Positions 60,709 through 64,000 of a stretch of 64,000 nt of DNA are shown piece after piece (positions within the stretch are counted from its first letter, which is position 1; each line of letters starts with the position of its first letter). Origin of the DNA: an uncultured Chloroflexia bacterium (GTDB taxonomy: Bacteria > Chloroflexota > Limnocylindria > Limnocylindrales > CSP1-4); assembly GCA_963759495.1 (NCBI GenBank), contig CAVWZL010000014.1, positions 25,961-89,960 of the forward strand, given 5' to 3'. The notes beneath the pieces are model-generated. The model was given only the letters and a program-made list of their open reading frames with translations. It had not been told where the DNA came from and searched no databases. The position numbers were made by a program, and so were the translations under genes.

Positions 60709-61143
60709 TCACGGAGGGCACGGTCCCTCGAATCCAGGTTCGGGCGCGGGACCAAGGACGGGCGGGCCGACCCACGCCGCCAACCGACCACATGGCATGT
60801 CAAGGAACCCCGCGGCGCCTCCTCGCAGAGAGACCTGACCGTCCGGGCCGGTTGTCCGCGTGATCGCAGTCGATGCCACTTCCACGCCCAGCAGGATCCG
60901 ACCGGTTCCGGAGCGCAGATCAACGAGCCAGGGCAGCGGTCCGAGGGCGTCCGCGCCAATCGCCACCTGGCCACCGGGATCGACCGTGCCGAAGATGCGC
61001 CCGTTGACCCAGAGCGACACGCCGATCGTCGTGCCGTTCGAAACCTCGAGCGGCAAAGCTGTAGGGGCGGGGCCGGGACCGCATGCCGCCAAGGCGATGA
61101 GGGTGGCAATCACGATGCCGCACGGCGCGCGCCGGCCGCTCAC
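60709..61143 (-). CDS. Putative lipoprotein of unknown function
   Basis: GTG 61143 overlaps the upstream stop (GTGA). VSGRRAPCGIVIATLIALAACGPG (lipobox-like) followed by a beta-rich mature part. Confidence 0.5.
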   Translation of the reverse strand: MSGRRAPCGIVIATLIALAACGPGPAPTALPLEVSNGTTIGVSLWVNGRIFGTVDPGGQVAIGADALGPLPWLVDLRSGTGRILLGVEVASTAITRTTGPDGQVSLRGGAAGFLDMPCGRLAAWVGPPVLGPAPEPGFEGPCPP

Positions 61144-61848
61144 AGGCGAAACGTGTCTCCGTGGCGGAACCGCTCCCGATGACGACCGTGCCAGACCGTG
61201 ACCCGGGACTGGCCGTGGACCTGCCACACCCCGTCGTGGCCGATCACGCCCGTGTGCTCATCGATCCCCAGCACCGTCGATCCGCGTGGCGCCTGGAGGG
61301 CGATCATCGCGGAGAACGGCTCGGGCCAGGCGTCGTAGTGCGGGACGACGACGGCCCCGCCCGCGATGCCCAGGCCGAGCTGCCAGCGCAGCAGCCAGGG
61401 CAGGATCCAGGCTCGGAACGAGAAGGCGTGACCAGCGAGTGCCATGGCACCCGCCGAGCAGCCGGCGAGGACCGCACCGCGGAGGTTGGCCTCGACGAGA
61501 GACGTGCCCAGCGCGCGTCCCGTGCAGCGCGGCGACGAGGTGCGCGGGCTTTCCCCCGGAGAGATACACGAGGTCGGCCTCGCCCACAGCCTGGCTCGCC
61601 GCCGGGTCGTCCGCGGAGGCGCGATCGCGCACGAGCACGGGCTCCACCTCCGCGCCGAGATTCGCGAAATGCATGACCCCCATCGCAGCCCAGCGCTGGA
61701 AGACGTCCTCGCCATCGGGGTACGAAGCGGTGGGCAGGACCACGACGCGCGGCCGATCCCGGCCGGTGGCCGCGAGCAGGGCCCGGTCGAACTCCTCCAT
61801 CGCGGGCAGGAACTCGCCGGCACCGACGAGCGCCACGGGACCGTGCAT
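61140..61848 (-). pseudogene. Peptidase S51 / type-1 glutamine-amidotransferase-like (cyanophycinase/PepE-like), one frame change
   Basis: ATG 61848: MHGPVALVGAGEFLPAMEEFD..VVVLPTAS..DLVYLSGGKPAHL (ORF 61258..61953). From ~61520 it continues in ORF 61140..61823 (GAVLAGCSAGAMALAGH). Confidence 0.65.
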
Positions 61849-61958
61849 CGGCGTGAGTCTACCCGCGAGGACCGCCTGGGCCGCAGGGTTGCCCCGTCCG
61901 GTGGTGCGCTGCGACACTTCGGCTCGGCGCACCCGTAACCGCGCCACCGTCACCCGGA

Positions 61959-63548
61959 GTGCGCATGACCACCCGCCAGCGCTGGACCCTCGTCGCGACG
62001 ATCATCGGATCGGGCGTCGTGTTTCTCGACGGCACGATCGTCAACGTGGCCCTGCCACGGATCGGGCGCGAGCTGCCCGCGTCCGTGATCGGCCTGCTCG
62101 AGGGCCAGACGTACATCGTCAGCGGCTACCTGGCCGTCCTGGCCGCCCTCCTGATCCTCGCGGGCGCACTCTCCGACCATTTCGGACGCCGCCGGGTGTT
62201 CGCGATCGGCCTGGCGTCGTTCGCCGGCACGTCGATCCTGTGCGGCCTCGCGCCCACGCTCGAGCTCATGGTCGTGTTCCGCCTGCTGCAGGGCGCGGCG
62301 GGCGCGCTGCTCGTGCCGGGCTCACTCTCGATCATCACGCAGACCTTCGAGGGTCCGGCGCGCGCCCGCGCGTTCGGGCTGTGGGCGTCGGCGACCTCCG
62401 CGTTGGCCATCCTCGGTCCGATCACCGGCGGCGTCCTCGTCGATGGCGCGGGCTGGCGCGTGGCGTTCCTCATGAACGTGCCACTGATCGCGATTGCGCT
62501 GTGGGCCACGATCCGCCACGTCGAGGAGTCCCGCGCCGAGCAGACGAGTGGCCACTTCGACTGGCTCGGCTCGCTCGTTGCCACCCTGGCCGTCGGCGGC
62601 CTGGCCTTCGGCGTGATCCGTGGCGAGGAGAAGGCCTGGGCCGACCCGATCGCCTGGATCTCCCTGGCGGTCGGTGCGCTGGCGCTCGTTGCGTTCCCGA
62701 TCCTCATGGCGCGCCGGCGCTACCCGCTCGTCCCGCTCGAGCTGTTCCGATCACGGGCGTTCGCGACGATCAACCTCGCGACGTTCTTTATCTACGGCGC
62801 GCTCTACATCACGCAGTCCTACCAGGTCCTCGTGCTGCAGGGCGTGCTCGGCTACACCGCGACGGCGGCGGGCGCTGTGGGGCTTCCCATCGCGATCATG
62901 CTCACGCTCCTCTCCGCGCGGGTGGGGACCGTGGCCGGCCGACTCGGCGCGCGACGGTTCCTCGTCGCCGGCCCCTGGCTGATGGCCCTCGGCCTGCTGT
63001 GGCTTGCGCGTATCCCCGCCGACTCGACACCCTGGCAGGCCGCGATCGGCGATCCGGCCACGCTCGTCCCACCGACCGACACCCTCGTCGACGTCCTCCC
63101 GGCCATGCTCCTGTTCGGGCTCGGGATCGCGCTCGTCGTGGCGCCGCTCACGAGCACGCTCATGAGCTCGATCCCGAGCACGCGCTCGGGTCTCGGGTCG
63201 GCAATCAACAACGCCATCTCGCGCGTCGGGGCGCCGCTGATCGGAGCTCTGATCTTCATCGCGATCAGCGCGACGTTCTACTCGGTCCTGGGCTCGCTGA
63301 CGGGCCTCGACACGACGAGCGCCGATGTCCGCGCCACGTTCGCCCCGCTCAACCCGCCGAAGGGAGCGCCGCCACAGGACGCGATCGATGCCGCGCGACA
63401 GGCCTCCGTCGATGCCTTTCACCTCGCGATGCTCGTCTCGGCGAGTCTCCTCGCCATCGGCGGGGCCGTGTCGCTGGTCGGGCTGCGCGGGACCAGGGCC
63501 GGCGATGCGCCGGTCCCGACGCGAGCGCCCGAACCCGCTCCGGGTTGA
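61959..63548 (+). CDS. MFS transporter, DHA2/EmrB-like (14-TMS type)
   Basis: Intact 529 aa. FLDGTIVNVALP and LSDHFGRRRVF (MFS motif A-like), with about 14 hydrophobic segments. Confidence 0.85.
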   Translation: MRMTTRQRWTLVATIIGSGVVFLDGTIVNVALPRIGRELPASVIGLLEGQTYIVSGYLAVLAALLILAGALSDHFGRRRVFAIGLASFAGTSILCGLAPTLELMVVFRLLQGAAGALLVPGSLSIITQTFEGPARARAFGLWASATSALAILGPITGGVLVDGAGWRVAFLMNVPLIAIALWATIRHVEESRAEQTSGHFDWLGSLVATLAVGGLAFGVIRGEEKAWADPIAWISLAVGALALVAFPILMARRRYPLVPLELFRSRAFATINLATFFIYGALYITQSYQVLVLQGVLGYTATAAGAVGLPIAIMLTLLSARVGTVAGRLGARRFLVAGPWLMALGLLWLARIPADSTPWQAAIGDPATLVPPTDTLVDVLPAMLLFGLGIALVVAPLTSTLMSSIPSTRSGLGSAINNAISRVGAPLIGALIFIAISATFYSVLGSLTGLDTTSADVRATFAPLNPPKGAPPQDAIDAARQASVDAFHLAMLVSASLLAIGGAVSLVGLRGTRAGDAPVPTRAPEPAPG

Positions 63549-64000
63549 GCCAGGGCACGCCGGCGCCGCGCGATTGGGACGCCGGCACGTACGACCGCGT
63601 CGCGCACCCCATGACGCGCTGGGGGACGGCGGTTCTCGAGCGGCTGCCGCTCAACGGGCATGAGCGGGTCCTCGATGCCGGCTGCGGGAGCGGGCGGGTC
63701 ACCGAGCAGCTCGCCGAGCAGCTGCCCTTTGGACAGGTCGTCGCGCTGGACGGCTCACCCGCGATGGTCGCGGCGGCGCGGGAGCGGCTCGCCCGCTTTG
63801 GGCACCGGGTCGAGTACGCGGTGGCCGATCTCGGCTCCCCGCTGCCGATCGAGCCCGTGGACGCGATCCTGTCGACCGCCACGTTCCACTGGGTACCCGA
63901 CCACGACGCCCTGTTTCGCAATCTCGCCGCGGTGCTCCGCCCTGGTGGTCGCCTTGTCGCACAGTGCGGCGGCGTCGGCAACATCGCGTCGATCCAGCGC
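63545..64000 (+). CDS. Class I SAM-dependent methyltransferase (Tam-like), 3' end off-window
   Basis: TTG 63545 overlaps the MFS stop. WDAGTYDRVAHP.., VLDAGCGSGRVTEQLAE (motif I), DAILSTATFHWVPD, LRPGGRLV. Not in the ORF track because it has no ATG/GTG start and is open-ended. Confidence 0.7.
   Translation, partial: MSQGTPAPRDWDAGTYDRVAHPMTRWGTAVLERLPLNGHERVLDAGCGSGRVTEQLAEQLPFGQVVALDGSPAMVAAARERLARFGHRVEYAVADLGSPLPIEPVDAILSTATFHWVPDHDALFRNLAAVLRPGGRLVAQCGGVGNIASIQR

Overview
High-GC (~70% by eye) chromosomal segment. Gene content, GGAGG-type RBSs and frequent ATGA/GTGA start-stop overlaps suggest an Actinomycetota-like (possibly Chloroflexota-like) genome. I found no rRNA, tRNA, CRISPR array, transposase, integrase or phage genes. 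About 60 genes are supported. (1) A plus-strand ribose-type sugar ABC transporter / ROK / GntR operon (1-4808). (2) A tightly packed 12-gene minus-strand catabolic operon (about 17160 down to 4827): GMC oxidoreductase plus small subunit, ALDH, embedded LacI regulator, DapA-family, SDR, CoA-transferase, enoyl-CoA hydratase, LLM oxidoreductase, AroE-like, FAH, creatininase-family. (3) SDR / MBL hydrolase / cupin genes and an FAD monooxygenase. (4) A minus-strand operon (30754 down to 22332) joining a three-subunit XDH-family molybdenum hydroxylase with two separate PPDK/PEP-synthase-like phosphohistidine proteins and a GntR regulator. This is my best candidate for an undescribed system. (5) Two transaldolase types, an M43 protease and pyrG. 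(6) psuK-psuG and a tkt-rpiB-pgi-gnd-zwf-opcA-pgl pentose-phosphate operon. (7) Citrate synthase, a GT87-like membrane protein, a P-loop kinase, DMT/MFS transporters and an SbcD/SbcC-like (YhaO/YhaN-like) pair. The dominant oddity is that about 25 genes, including essential pyrG, can only be read by switching frame. These disruptions concentrate in two sharp-edged blocks (39.6-49.6 kb and 56.1-59.5 kb) and include recurrent TAG-creating contexts, so either assembly indel error or regional gene decay is involved. Other non-coding signals are a periodic 15-bp GTGCAC-type motif array, a LacI-type palindrome, a roughly 195-nt strongly self-complementary candidate ncRNA and an octamer tandem repeat. 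All frames were traced by eye, so frameshift positions and counts are approximate.
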